Assembly: GCA_964016885.1 (NCBI GenBank)
Contig: CAXHJY010000746.1
Location: 248,001-312,000, forward strand
Reading direction: 5' to 3'
Length of the DNA: 64,000 bases
Source of the DNA: Eledone cirrhosa
Lineage: Eukaryota
In this document: positions 37,605-50,645 of the stretch, piece by piece
Position numbering within the stretch: the first letter of the stretch is position 1
Layout: each line of letters opens with the position of its first letter
The notes under the pieces: model-generated
The model's input: only the letters and a program-made list of their open reading frames with translations
What the model was told of the DNA's origin: nothing
Database searches by the model: none
Translations under genes and position numbers: made by a program

Positions 37605-39299
37605 TTATCAATAATGTTATATCTCGCAATGGCCATACTCGATAACGAGGGCGCAGTCATTATGTATGGTGTTGTGATTTTTATGTACAGTATATTATTA
37701 TTAGATGGGTAACGTGCCTGCAGTAATCGGTAGAGCGTCCTCTCAAAATGTTTGCATTTTGCCCAAAGCAGAAACAATTATTATTGTTGTTTGTAGTATT
37801 AGTAGTAGTATTCATTCTATTTTGTGTTCCACGTGGTTGATATTTCATCACCACAACACCACCACACCACCACACCACTACACCACCACGCCACCACACC
37901 AACACACACCACCAACACACCACTACACCAACACTGTCGCCACCAGTTGGGCTACGTAGTCAAAGTGAAGGAAATAGAATTGGTGAAAGATAGACATACT
38001 GATAGAAAGATATATGTATATATAGAGAGAGGAGGGGGCGGGGGTTAGATAGAAAGACACAGTTATAGAGATACAGACAATTACGCGTGTTGTTGTTTCT
38101 TTGATTCCGATAATACACATGTGTATCTAACAGTGATGATATGTCATATAGATTATTGAGAGGAAATGAATATTTACAAAGAAAAGCTGAAATATAATTT
38201 TAAAAAAATTAACGAATATTTATTTTTTATCTTTTGGAGTCAGTCAACATTTACCGCCATGTTCTTTGTTCTTTGTTAACAATAAAAGAATCTAATTTCT
38301 GACATACACCCTACTTCCGATCTTTAACCGCAGCCATTATATCAGAATGTATCTGTGCGTATGTCAAACTGAGTGCATGTGTATGGGTAGGTGTATATAT
38401 AAAAATGTGTGTGTGAGTTGGTCCCAGGTTCAATCTGGGGTAACCACAGTAAGGTACTCAATACATAGCAGAGTATAAATATTGAATCTAGAAATGTCTT
38501 CTGCAGGAGTAGAACTGTATATTATATATATAATTTGTCTGTGGTATATATAGATGAATGTTTGATGCTGAATCTCCCCGAGAATCACGCTCTAAGTGTT
38601 TATATTTATCTAAAAACCTTTATGTCCCAAACACTCTTTTCGGCTGAGTATTTTACAGCTGACAATGTAGCGACAGCCAGTTTTGGAGCATGGCGTTGGA
38701 TGGCACAACTATGCGAAGTGACCAGTGATATCATTATGAGGAGGAAGAGGCCAGTTTGCCGCACCGAATCCTTCTCAGAGCGGCACCCCAATTTCGGAGC
38801 CGGGCCCTCTCCCCGCGATGGATACTTCTCAATACGAAAGACGACCGTGGCAGCCTGGGACTAGATTGCACTGTTATGAGAAGTGACAGTCCAGTTGGCC
38901 GCTCGAAACCCCTTTCACAGCGGCATCACAGTATCGGATCCAAGTACTGTGAATTGGATGGACACTTCTCAATACAAAACGTGCTAACGTGTGACTTGAC
39001 AATGATGAGAAACCGGAACCAGACATTGTGAAGGACTGTTTGAGGGGAGGGATGTATGTATATGGTCATTAAAACACACGCACGCACGTATATAATTCTC
39101 CTGAATGAAACAGTTATAGTCATGTAGAAGTCATTACTATATTAAATATTTATACTCTGTTATGAATTGAGTACCTTACTTACTGTTGTTAGCTGTGATT
39201 GAACTCGGAATAAACTTTACACATTTTTGGAAACACCCTGTATATATATATCATTTGAGATGTAAATATCACATACTTAAGAGAGATAGATGTTAGAAC

Positions 39300-40447
39300 T
39301 CGAAAACTTGTCAGTGTTACTGGGAACTTTGGTTATGTGGATAGGCTGTACTTGTCATGCAAGGAAGGTGGCCGGGGTCTAAAATCCATATTAACATCAT
39401 ATGACACCCGGATAGTAACACTGAAGCAACATCTTCAACAGAGGAAAAGTTTTATGGCCCAGGTTTATGAGCATGAAAAAAAAAATATCATTAGGATAGC
39501 CACTGATCTGGAGGAGAGATATGGAATAAAGCCTGATATAAATCTATCACCCAGAGAAATCGGAAGATCCTATTCACTGTTCAAAGAAGATGAAAAAATT
39601 GACCAATTTACAGAAAAAGTTGTGCACGTATACTTGAGACGTAAAACACAGACCATAGAGGTGATAAACCACTCAAAAAGCCTGGCATGGAGTTCCGACA
39701 AGTTTATGACATGACACCTTGAGGGATATCTCTATGCAATACAGTAACAAGAACTCCCTACCAAATATCTGCTGCACAAAAGAGGAGGGACATCAGCTGA
39801 CAATAAACGTAGGCTTATGTAAAACAAAGATTGAAGATGTAAGCGACATTGTTGCCAGCTGCGAAAGAATGTCATCTCGCTACTACCTCCCCATGAGACA
39901 CGATGGGATAGCTAGAACCATCTGGAACGCACTTTGGAAAACAAAATTAACAACAAACGAGGAAGAATATATCGAGACAGATGGCACTAAGGAATACTGG
40001 TGGAACCTGAAAATAAAAACTGCCACCAAATTAAAGCACAACCGGCCTGATATTGTTGTTTGGGACCACCCATTGAAAACATGTTGTGTTGTGGAGATCA
40101 GCTGCCCACTTGATGTAAACGTTGTCAGAAAAATACAGGAGGAGGAGGACATCTACGGACCATTGATGAGGAGTTTACAAATCCAGTATCCAAAATACAC
40201 CTTTAGCTTCATACCCATCATTATTGGAGCTACGGGTTATATACCAACCCGCTTGGACCAAAGTATGACTGAACTTGGATTTGCTGACAAAGAGCGCAGC
40301 TCCCTAATTCAGTCTACAAGTGGCTGCGATAGTTGGCACCTTCAAAATTTGCAAAACATTCTTGCGATTCAAGGGATGACAATTTCTTTTCTTTTACAAC
40401 CTTGCCACCAGGAAGGTGGCCAGTCAAAAAAATATACTCGAAATTAA
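39300..40447 (+). mobile_element. R4/Dong-like LINE, 5'-truncated, with zinc knuckle and RLE
   Basis: DRLYLSCKEGGRGL, EGYLYAIQ*QEL, LCKTKIEDVSDIVASC...YLPMRHD, KHNRPDIVVWD...VVEISCP and PIIIGATG. It ends next to a (TG)/(TATG) microsatellite. Confidence 0.85.
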
Positions 40448-40490
40448 GAGAAAGAGATCACCTACATGTGTGTGTGTATGTGTGTATGTA

Positions 40491-40525
<35 letters not shown>

Positions 40526-42321
40526 GTATGTATGTATGTATTTGTATATATATATTTATTTATTTCATTATATTTGTTCCACTCCACGTGGTTTATATTT
40601 CACCACCACTACGCCACCACTACGACACCACACCGCCACCAAACCACCACACCAACAACACTCGCTACCACCGCCATCATTTGAACTACGTTTTCAAACC
40701 CGACATGACTTAGCCTTGATGAAAGAAAATGAGATGACAGCCGTAATCTCCCCCACCCCTCATACTCAATACAGAGATATATATATTTTCTGACACCATT
40801 GGCAATTTTCATGATGGTAGTTGTAGTGTTGATTATTCCTTCATTGCATTTATTGATATTTGACGCGCGTTTCGCCACTGATCAGCTCAAGGTTCGATCT
40901 ATATCGATCCTACCCGACTCAATAATCGGCAGCTCGACGGACCCTCTTAAAATGCTATAAGAAAATGAAATACATGATATGTGGTAAAGTCAGAGTTTCA
41001 AGAGTTTGACAAAATGAGATGTTTTGATTGGTGAGAAGGATCAAGGCGATGTACTGGCCTGTAGTGTATATGGGGGTGGGTGTGATGGTGAGATGTTGGT
41101 GACGGTCTGTGGATGAGGTGGGCTGTGGTGTGGTGGTGGTGGTGGTGGGTTGGCCTTGGCGTGTCGAGTATGTTGGTGTGGATGTGAAGATATGGTGGTG
41201 GTTAAGGTTATTTAGTGGGATGGGTTGTGGTGTGAGGTTAGTGAACTGTCTGTAGACGGGCTGGCGTGTGGTAGTGGCGCCTTTGTCTATGGTAGCGGCG
41301 TTTTTGGTGGTGTGGTGGATGTATTGATGGCGTCAGGACCTTACATAGATACATAGACGCTCTTCGTCTGACAGATACCTTGTATATACGTATACGTACA
41401 CACATATATGTATATATGTGCACATATATTGTTGTATAAACACACACAACATAAGACACATACGCACATCCTTGCCCACACATATCGGCATACGCTCACA
41501 CACAGCCATATGTATATGTACACACATGTATGTGCATGCGCGCATGCGGACACGAATATGGAGAGTGGTGGAGTATCGGTGGGGGTGGCGAACGACAGAG
41601 ATGGGGGGAAGGACTCACACTCATGTATGCAAGATATACACATACACACTCCCACACACGTATACTCACACACATATATATATATATATATATACACACA
41701 TGTACCGACAACACACACATACACGCACATATATACATACATGCACATATATGAGCTCACCTACACATAGTCAGATTTACCCATATACATATATGTAGAC
41801 GTACACATACACACACATACATATATACACACACATACACATATGCATACACACATATATATATATATACAGATATATATATATATATATACACACACAT
41901 AGACATATGTATATACATGTGTTCACATACACACACACACACACATACAGATAAATTTGCGTACACGCACGCACACTTAAAACGCCCGTATGAGTAAAAT
42001 ACTTACACACAGACACACACACTATTGTTGGTTGGGGAGTGGAGGTATGTTTTGTCGGTGTTGGTGAAGTATGGAGTTGTGTTTTGTGGTGGTGGTGGTG
42101 GATGGAGTTGTGAGGGACGAAAATATATATACCGGATCGAATACCGGTTAAGAGGTGAGATAGGGAACGCGGGGGGAAAAGCGTTTATGGACGTACGGCC
42201 ATGTGTGTTGTGGACATGGTGATGGTGGTGGTGCTGGGGTGATATGTTCGGCAAGATGATTACATGATCAGAGGTTACGGTGTGTTATATGGTAGGCATA
42301 CGGGGGGTGGGGGTATATAAT

Positions 42322-42507
42322 TGTTTCTACTTTAGGCACAAGGCCAGCAAATAGCCAGTGTATTACTGGTACTTTATTTTATCGACCCCCGTAAGGATGA
42401 AAGGCAAAGTCAACCTAGGCGGGATTTGAACTCAGATCGTAAAGGGACGTAACTATGTTTGAAAGCATGGCGTCCGACCCTCTACCGAGACTGCCAACCC
42501 CCCACCC
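42322..42507 (-). mobile_element. Full-length SINE family A with ~14-bp TSD
   Basis: TGGGGGTATATAAT at 42308-42321 and TGGGGGGTATATAAT at 42508-42522 flank an antisense copy. Confidence 0.85.
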
Positions 42508-42827
42508 TGGGGGGTATATAATACAGTCGATTTGGGATCGAGTGATATGTGTTGATGATGATTGTTGAAGTATGTGGATGTATTTAGTGGTGGCGGTGGT
42601 CGTGTGTGCGTGCGACAGTACAGTTACAGGATCGAATTTAACGTGGGGTTGCAAGTTAGGGTAGATAGAGGGAACATGGGGGGATGAGGATGTAGGCGTG
42701 TATGGTATGCACATGACGATGTGTGGTGTGGTGGTGGAGATGGTGTGATATGATCGACATTGTATTTACAAGGTTTCTTGTCATTGTGGATTGCAAGGTA
42801 GAACGTATCATATGGTATATATATATA

Positions 42828-43602
42828 TATATATATAAAACTAAGGATGTCTGTGTGAGTTTGAATCCCTAAACCTCGAGAAGCACCCAACCGACTGTTT
42901 TCAAACTTTACACCGCGCCCTTATAATATGTCTGTATGTCTAGCTGTCTGCATCGCACTCGGCGCGTCAATGTATGGCTGTTAAATGGGCCGCAAACGCA
43001 TTGATTCATTGTAAAGGCTACCAGTGGAAGCAACCGTAACACCCTCCAAATGTCAGAGAACGCAGTGAAAGTTACTATTAAGAGAACGTTCACATGGCTC
43101 TTTTTATGGCCACCACTTGAAATTGTTGATTGTTACCCGTAGTTACTGGAGTGTCAGTGAACGGCTTACAAATCCATTATAAGGGCCCTTGAAATAACTG
43201 ATGGCGACCCTTTGGTTTGGGGCGGCGAGTGAACACGCACACGCCTCAAGGCCCATTTTATTGCACCACTCCTCTGTAAAATTGTTAAATTATACCCACT
43301 GTTTGGTAAACGTTTGTGAAGGTGCGGTGGACTGGTTCGAGAAGGCTCCATATGCTGTCCGATTGCACGTCATGCCTTGCTCAAGCATTGCAGACTTCCC
43401 TCTGATATAAGTGGTGACATCTGTCCTGCTGACTCCTGCCACTTTATTAAGCCGATTTTCTTCACGTGGAAGGAAAAGCATACCTAATACTAATTGCATC
43501 AGAGCATTCGGTTTATTTTCTTTACATATTGTCCAGGCATGCAGTTTTTCTACGATTAGGTCAAAATAACTTATCCCGTGCAACGCCGGGTACCACTGCT
43601 AG
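42828..43602 (+). mobile_element. Non-autonomous Helitron
   Basis: 5' TATATAAAACTAAGGATGTC...TTTTCAAACTTTACAC, shared with the 62572 element. 3' hairpin CCCGTGCAACGCCGGG plus CTAG|T at 43599-43602. Confidence 0.75.
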
Positions 43603-43692
43603 TATTATATATATGTATATTGTTTTACTCTTTTACTTGTCCCAGCCATTTTGCTGAGGTCATGCTGGGGTACCGCCTTTAATATATTTTTC

Positions 43693-43724
<32 letters not shown>

Positions 43725-43999
43725 TATATAGATATATATATATCAATAAAGACGTATCCATGAAAGGCAAATCTTATCGGTTGGAAAGCAAAATAAACTT
43801 TTGTATTTTATTTGATGAAAGTGCACCAAGCTTGTCTTGGTTGGCCTTGAAATATATATAATAAAATAAATATGGTTTTATAAATATAGTTTCCATTTAT
43901 TTAATATCACGAAATATTTACTCCAGTAAACTGTTGAGTGCTCTAAATCAGTTATAAACATTTGTTTGTCGGACTTCCAACAAATTAAATACAACTTCT

Positions 44000-44049
<50 letters not shown>

Positions 44050-44139
44050 CGGAGTTGTGTTAAGGAACCAGATGGACCATAATGCACCAGAGATAGCCGT
44101 CGAAACGGCTTGAGCTCTGCCGTCGGGGTCATACATCTT

Positions 44140-44186
<47 letters not shown>

Positions 44187-44874
44187 CACATTGTTTGATC
44201 AAAATATTAAATTTCTTCATAGAATAATAAATTTTGTTTTATTATTTGTTTCTATTGTTCGGTTGTTGTTGTTGTTGTTGTTACACACATACACACATAC
44301 ACACTCACAAATTTTGCTAATCTTTTGGCGGCAAAACCACATACATACATACATACATAGATACATGTGTGTGTGTGTGTGCGTGAGTGAGTATGTGTGA
44401 GTTACTGTCACTTTGTTTTCCTTATAAATACAAGTCCCGTTTTTCATATTTTTCATTTCAGCCACTGATTTTGAAAGATGACTACACAGTATTCTCATGC
44501 GTCCTTTCAACGTGGGTATGCGTTAAGCCCTTTTTTAGGGCTGCTCAGAGATACGCCGAAAACCAACCACAGCGTTCACTCCTGGGACTGAGAAGAAAAG
44601 TCCCACAGGTCAGTCAGATTTATATTTAATTTATTTAAAAAAAAAAAAAAATTTAATTTATATTTCTTTAAAAAAAAAGAATTCAATTTAACTTATTTCT
44701 TTAAAAAAAAAGTTCAATTTCATTTACTTCTTTAAAAAAAATTCAATTCAATTAATTTCTTTAAAAAAAAAAGCTTTTATAGTTATGTTTTTGTATTTTA
44801 ATCGGGGTAACATTTTCGATTTAATTAATTTCATCATATTGTTGTATATACACACACACATATATATACAATTG

Positions 44875-44921
<47 letters not shown>

Positions 44922-45630
44922 TGCAGTTATTCGAATACCTTGGAGTATTCGTTTTTATTTCTATGCTCTCTGAGTTTAAATCCTGCCAAGGTCAACTTTG
45001 CCTTTCTTCCTTCCGTTGGATAAAAAAAAGTACCAGTGAAATGCTGGGGTGAATTCTTCCTATCTATAGTTTTCTCGCAATTATCTTTTTCTGAATAAAA
45101 GTACCAGTCAAATACTGGGTTCCTCTCTTCTCTCATTTTTCTCTGTCTATCTTTCTGGAAGAATTTTCTATTTTTAGAACTGGAGGAGTTGGTATTTGCT
45201 AGTGATTAAGGGAGAAAATGAAAGATATATATGTATATATATGTATAATATGTGTGTTGATGAGATTATGTGGGGGGGGGGGGGGGGGGTAAAAATTGTT
45301 TTTTAAGATTTATCTGGAAAAATCTGTTGAATTCACATGGTTGGTATTGTCTCTGTTCTCGGTTTTCAAAAGACTTATAAAAGCTGACTCAGTATTGTTT
45401 ATCCAATAAAGTAGCAGTAATACGTTATAGTTAGATTAACGTTAATTTTGTTCACTTGTAATTTAGAGAATATAAAATATAAAATGCACCATTAGAATAT
45501 TTTTATTCCAGATTCTCCTAAAAATTTGTCCCTGTTCAATTCCTTCTCTGCCACAAACCTCTCATTTTTGGATAGAATTTTTTTATTTATTTTTTTACGT
45601 TAGGTTAAACCAGCCAACCAATTTTTTTAA

Positions 45631-45702
<72 letters not shown>

Positions 45703-45722
45703 GCTTATGAAACGTGTGTGTG

Positions 45723-45773
<51 letters not shown>

Positions 45774-45880
45774 TTATATATATATTTATATATATATTTA
45801 TATATATATTTATATATATATTTATATATATTTATATATATATTTATATATATTTATATATATATTTATATATATATATT

Positions 45881-45913
<33 letters not shown>

Positions 45914-46028
45914 ATATATTTATATATTTATATATATATTTATATATTTATATATATATTTATATATTTATATTTATATATATTTATATATTTATATATT
46001 TATATTTATATATATATTTATATATTTA

Positions 46029-46074
<46 letters not shown>

Positions 46075-46094
46075 TATATTTATATATATATATT

Positions 46095-46128
<34 letters not shown>

Positions 46129-46224
46129 TATATTTATATATATATATTTATATATATATATTTATATATATTTATATATATTTATATATATATTTATATT
46201 TATATATATATATTTATATATATT

Positions 46225-46255
<31 letters not shown>

Positions 46256-46376
46256 ATATATATTTATATATATTTATATATTTATATATATTTATATATA
46301 TATATTTATATATATATATTTATATATATATATATAAATATATATAAATATATATAAATATATATAAATATATATA

Positions 46377-46513
46377 TATTAAAATAATCGATTAAAGTTT
46401 AAGCAAAGAATCGCTGCTTTCACCCTTAACGGGATCTTCTGAAATTCATTTAAGATCCCGTTAAGGTTGAAAGCAGCGATTCTTTGCTTAAACTTTAATC
46501 TGTTATTTTAATA
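46377..46513. repeat. ~137-bp palindrome; single arm also at 35007-35073
   Basis: ATTAAAATAATCGATTAAAGTTTAAGCAAAGAATCGCTGCTTTCACCCTTAACGGGATCTT / AAGATCCCGTTAAGGTTGAAAGCAGCGATTCTTTGCTTAAACTTTAATCTGTTATTTTAAT. Confidence 0.85.
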
Positions 46514-46613
46514 TATATTTGCTGTACGGTTCTTATATATTTGATATATATGTATCCATATCGAGCCCTTTTTTAATTTTAGTTTTCAAATTTATTATTA
46601 TTACTATATATTA

Positions 46614-46644
<31 letters not shown>

Positions 46645-48189
46645 TATGTGTGTATGTGTATGTATTGTGTGTATTATGTGTCTATTAGGTGTCTATTTGT
46701 GCGTATAATCTCTGTATTATGTGTGTATTATCTGTGCGTATTATGTGTGTATTATCTGTGCGTATTATGTGTGTATTATCTGTATTATATGTGTGTATTA
46801 TATGTGTGTATTATCTGTATTATATGTGTATTATGTGTGTGTAGTATGTGTCTGTATTATGTGTGTATTTGTAATAAATGTCTACTATATACACATGTAT
46901 ATATATAATATATAAATACAATATAATATATATGTTGGTGTGTATCGGGTTTGTGTTTATATCACCGTAGAAATCTGTTTATGCAACATTCTAATTAGCA
47001 AAGGGAAATTACTCTAGTATATTTTAATAAAAATATTTTATTTTCCGTTTTAGCCAGAAATTTTGTTGTTTGATAAAACTGTCATTGAATTTATGCCTTG
47101 TCTGTTTCTGCTGAAGACTACTTTACTAATTAAGCTTAAGCTTAATTTATTATATCGGTTTTCATCGTAAAATTGAGACGGGTGTTTTTTCATGTCTATT
47201 TAATGCAGCACGTTAGTGATATAGTAAGTTTTAGTTTCTATTTGTTTGAATATCATTTCGAAGCAGATACGACGGGGTTCATTAATTTCTAGATGAATTA
47301 TTTGGGTTTAGTTTTAGTTTGTGGTTGTGTGTGTGTGTATGTGTGTGTGTGTGGGGGGGGGTATATATAAAACTGAATAGCTATATATATTTATATCATC
47401 TTGTCAATATCTATCCTCTTTCCTCATAAATATAGACAGAAATTACGGTATACAAGTAGGCACATGCATTAAAACTTAATATATGGTTATGTTACCAGGA
47501 AGCTGGAGAGTGAAAGTAATATAGTTACGGTGAGGAAACGCTATATTGTTTTTTTTTTGTTTTTTTTGGATACGCTTTTGCAATATAAGAATAGGAAACG
47601 AAGACAAACTGATTGATGCAGACAAAATATATATTTATGGTAATTGTTCAGAATTAAGATCGTAGATGTGACCGATGTGAAGCAGCTGTAGAAAGTTGGC
47701 ATGATGTAGTGAAGAATGCAGTGGGTAGAAAAGACATCCCCGAGAATAAACATAGAAAGAGTAGTTGGTGATTGTTGCAGTGAAAATCAATGAAGTACAA
47801 GCATAACGGACAAGAGAGAAGAATGCAGGCCCAGCAGTTGGAGTTCGCTGCCAAGCAGATGCCAATATAATATGAAATATTAGGGAATCGGATAATGTCG
47901 ATTCCCTGTTTTATTGCAAAAGCGAATCCTTTAAAGTGCGAAACAATATAGTGTTTGTCGTTGATGTATTTATATCTATATTACTCTACATAAGCCCACA
48001 AACAGGCCTTCAACAGTAAATATGTAATTGGCCTTTGTTTAAAAAGAAATTTTTTTTCTTAATATAATTGTTTATCTGCTGGATTGGTCATTGACCATTT
48101 TAGTAGGAGAGGGGATTTTGTTAGTGGTGTGTTACCTTCGCTGACTTAACTCTCTGAGAAAGAAAAGCAATTATATTTTTCTTTGACTG

Positions 48190-49680
48190 TATTTAGCCAC
48201 TGAAGAATGGGTGTAGCTCCTTGGAGCACTCCAACCAATAATTCGAAGAACCATCGGGTGTAATGACTTTGGCTTTAGTGTTCGTGTAGAGCAGTGATAC
48301 TTTTGTATTCCACAAGATCTTGATCAGGTAGTGACGATCGACAGAATTATAGGCAATTTGCTTTAGCTCCCTCAAATATCTTCCTCAGCATCAGGATGTG
48401 ACCGTTGGTTGATCTTTATCTCTGAAGCTGTTGTGGTTGTTTGAGCTTTTTGTCCATGCAGGGCTGGATTCTCTTTAGAATCATCCTGTTGAGGGTCTTT
48501 GCCACAAGTGAGGTCCCCCTGTAGTTGTTTCTGTTAGAGAGATCTGCCTTCTTTGGCAGTGGCACGAAGTTACTGATCGTCCACTTGTTCAGGGCAACTC
48601 GTTTCTCCAGTCCCTTTTTACAGATCTCCAAGATATGAAAATCACAACTCTACATGACCTGATGCCACTCGATTTTCTCCATGGGTCTTGCCCTCCTTTA
48701 TCTTCTTTTTTTGCTCTCTGAAGCTCTCTGGCAAAGGGTCCTGTCTCAATATTCAGTTTTTGTAACAGCCAACTGATCGGCTGTGGAGGGCATCTCATAG
48801 TTGTGTTCTAAAATGGTCCAGCCATTTCCTTTTTTCTATCCTCTGGATCTGTTTCCTTGATCTGACTTTTCCTCCATGTGATCTCGTTGATCATCCAACT
48901 GTCAACCGTTCTCTTAACACTTTTAGTGCCTCCTCTCTGGCGTCAGTGTAAGCGGTACAGAGTGCTTCCCTCATCACCTCCACTGTGTCCATCCTCTCCA
49001 TAGGATCAGCACAGAATTGGTCCTTGGCAGGCTGCACACACCTTTGGGTCTGCAGAACTGACATGCTTCTTCTTCTTTCTCCTCAGCATCAGTGTCTCAC
49101 TTGCTTCTGCTACTGCATTGTTCAAGTAGCCGTACCTCTTTGTCAAACTCTCTACAAAGAGCACTGAACCTGTTGCTCACTTCTCCTGTGAACCTCTTCT
49201 GTAGCTTATGTTCATTGAAAGTTCCCCAGTCATAGATTATACTGTTGGTGTAGCCTTGCTCTTTCTTAAGCTCACCCGGACCTCACTCATAACAAGCATG
49301 TGTCCACTGTCCCAGTGTACTGAAATAGTTGTATGGTTCTGTGTTGAGAACACTATTGCGCTGCTTTTTCCTCACCAGAAAGAAATCAATCTAGGTCTTG
49401 GTCCACATCTTTTCTGGATTCTTCCTTAACGTTAGGTTGGTTGCCATCAAGTTTGCATCCAGCATGGCGTCTGTCGGTAGTCTTCCATTTCGGTTGGTGT
49501 TAGGGAATTACCAGCGCGGATCTTCACTGCTCTCCTTACTCAGATGTGCATAGAAGTCCCTCAGATGTGCATAGAAGTCCCTCAGAAGAATGATGTTTTG
49601 AGCTTGTGTGGTGTTGACAGCTCTACACATCTCATGAAATTCCTCTGCATTCACATCACTGTCTCCCTTGGTAGAACTAT
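48190..49680 (-). mobile_element. Decayed LINE (RTE-like EN/RT) fragment within array unit 1 (copies at ~53370-54650 and 58100-58680)
   Basis: NFVPLPKKADLSNRNNYRGTSLVAKTLNRMILKRIQP and LLYTNTKAKVITPDG. Confidence 0.7.
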
Positions 49681-49759
49681 AAGCTGATATCCGGTTTTAA
49701 ATTCCTGTTATTGCCTGCAGGACTATGATAAAAAGGAGAGGGCTAAGAACAGCCCTGGT

Positions 49760-50645
49760 GTACATGGACCTGCATGCTAAATTCCTCGCTCTAATCATTG
49801 ATAACCCTAACTTTGCTGATTGTTTCTTTATACATGGCTTGTACAGCCCTCATAAGCCATTCATCTACTTTTAATTTTCCAAGAGCCGACCGTATTATAG
49901 CATGGTGGACTCTGTCGAAGGCTTTTTCCATTTCGACAAATGCCAGGTAGAGTGGCTTACTTTTAGCTAGGTACTAATCAACTGTGCTATAACTCTTTAC
50001 GTTACTTTCATGATCTGGTCCATCAGCTTTATACCTCTCTAGTTTCCTCTATCTAGTGCATCACCTTTACCTTTGTATCAGTTGACCATGATGCTGCTGC
50101 ACGAATCGTTTAGTATTATCTAGTTAACATTACTTGTGGTTATGGTCTGATCTACTGACCCAGATGCCTTGAGCATCTCGGCAACTATACCCGATGGACC
50201 GGTTGCCTTCCCCGTCTTCATATCTTTGATTGCCATACTATATTGCTGCTGACTTGTTCTGCTAGCCCCTCTATAGGGTTCACTTTGGGTATGGTATCTT
50301 TTTCCCATGCATTCTCCCCATTTAGTAATCTTTCATACTGGCTCTTCCATGCATCTCCTCAGAAATTGTGAGTGCAATCTGACCTTTATCATTCTGGATA
50401 CACTTTTGTCCAATGACATCACAATTCTCTCTGACACACTGCCTCGTAATCTCGAACACCTGTTTCTGTTCCTCGTGTTGCAAAAGATGCTTGAAATTCC
50501 TATCCTCTACCTCCCTTCTAGCTAAGTATACTTGTCGCCTAGCTTCGCTCCTGGTCTCTCTGTAATGTGCCCTGTTTTTCCATTCTTTCCATGCCTGTCT
50601 CTTAGCCTTAATTGCCTCATCTACCATATTGTTCTACCACCAAGT
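49760..50645 (-). mobile_element. RTE-BovB-like LINE RT fragment within array unit 1 (copies at ~54665-55630 and 58770-59755)
   Basis: VDEAIKAKRQAWKEWK and IKDMKTGKATGPSGIVAEMLKASG. In the other units: GFVPGKGT...RQLQEKYLAKSKPLYLAFVEMEKAFDRV...WWALRK. Confidence 0.8.
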
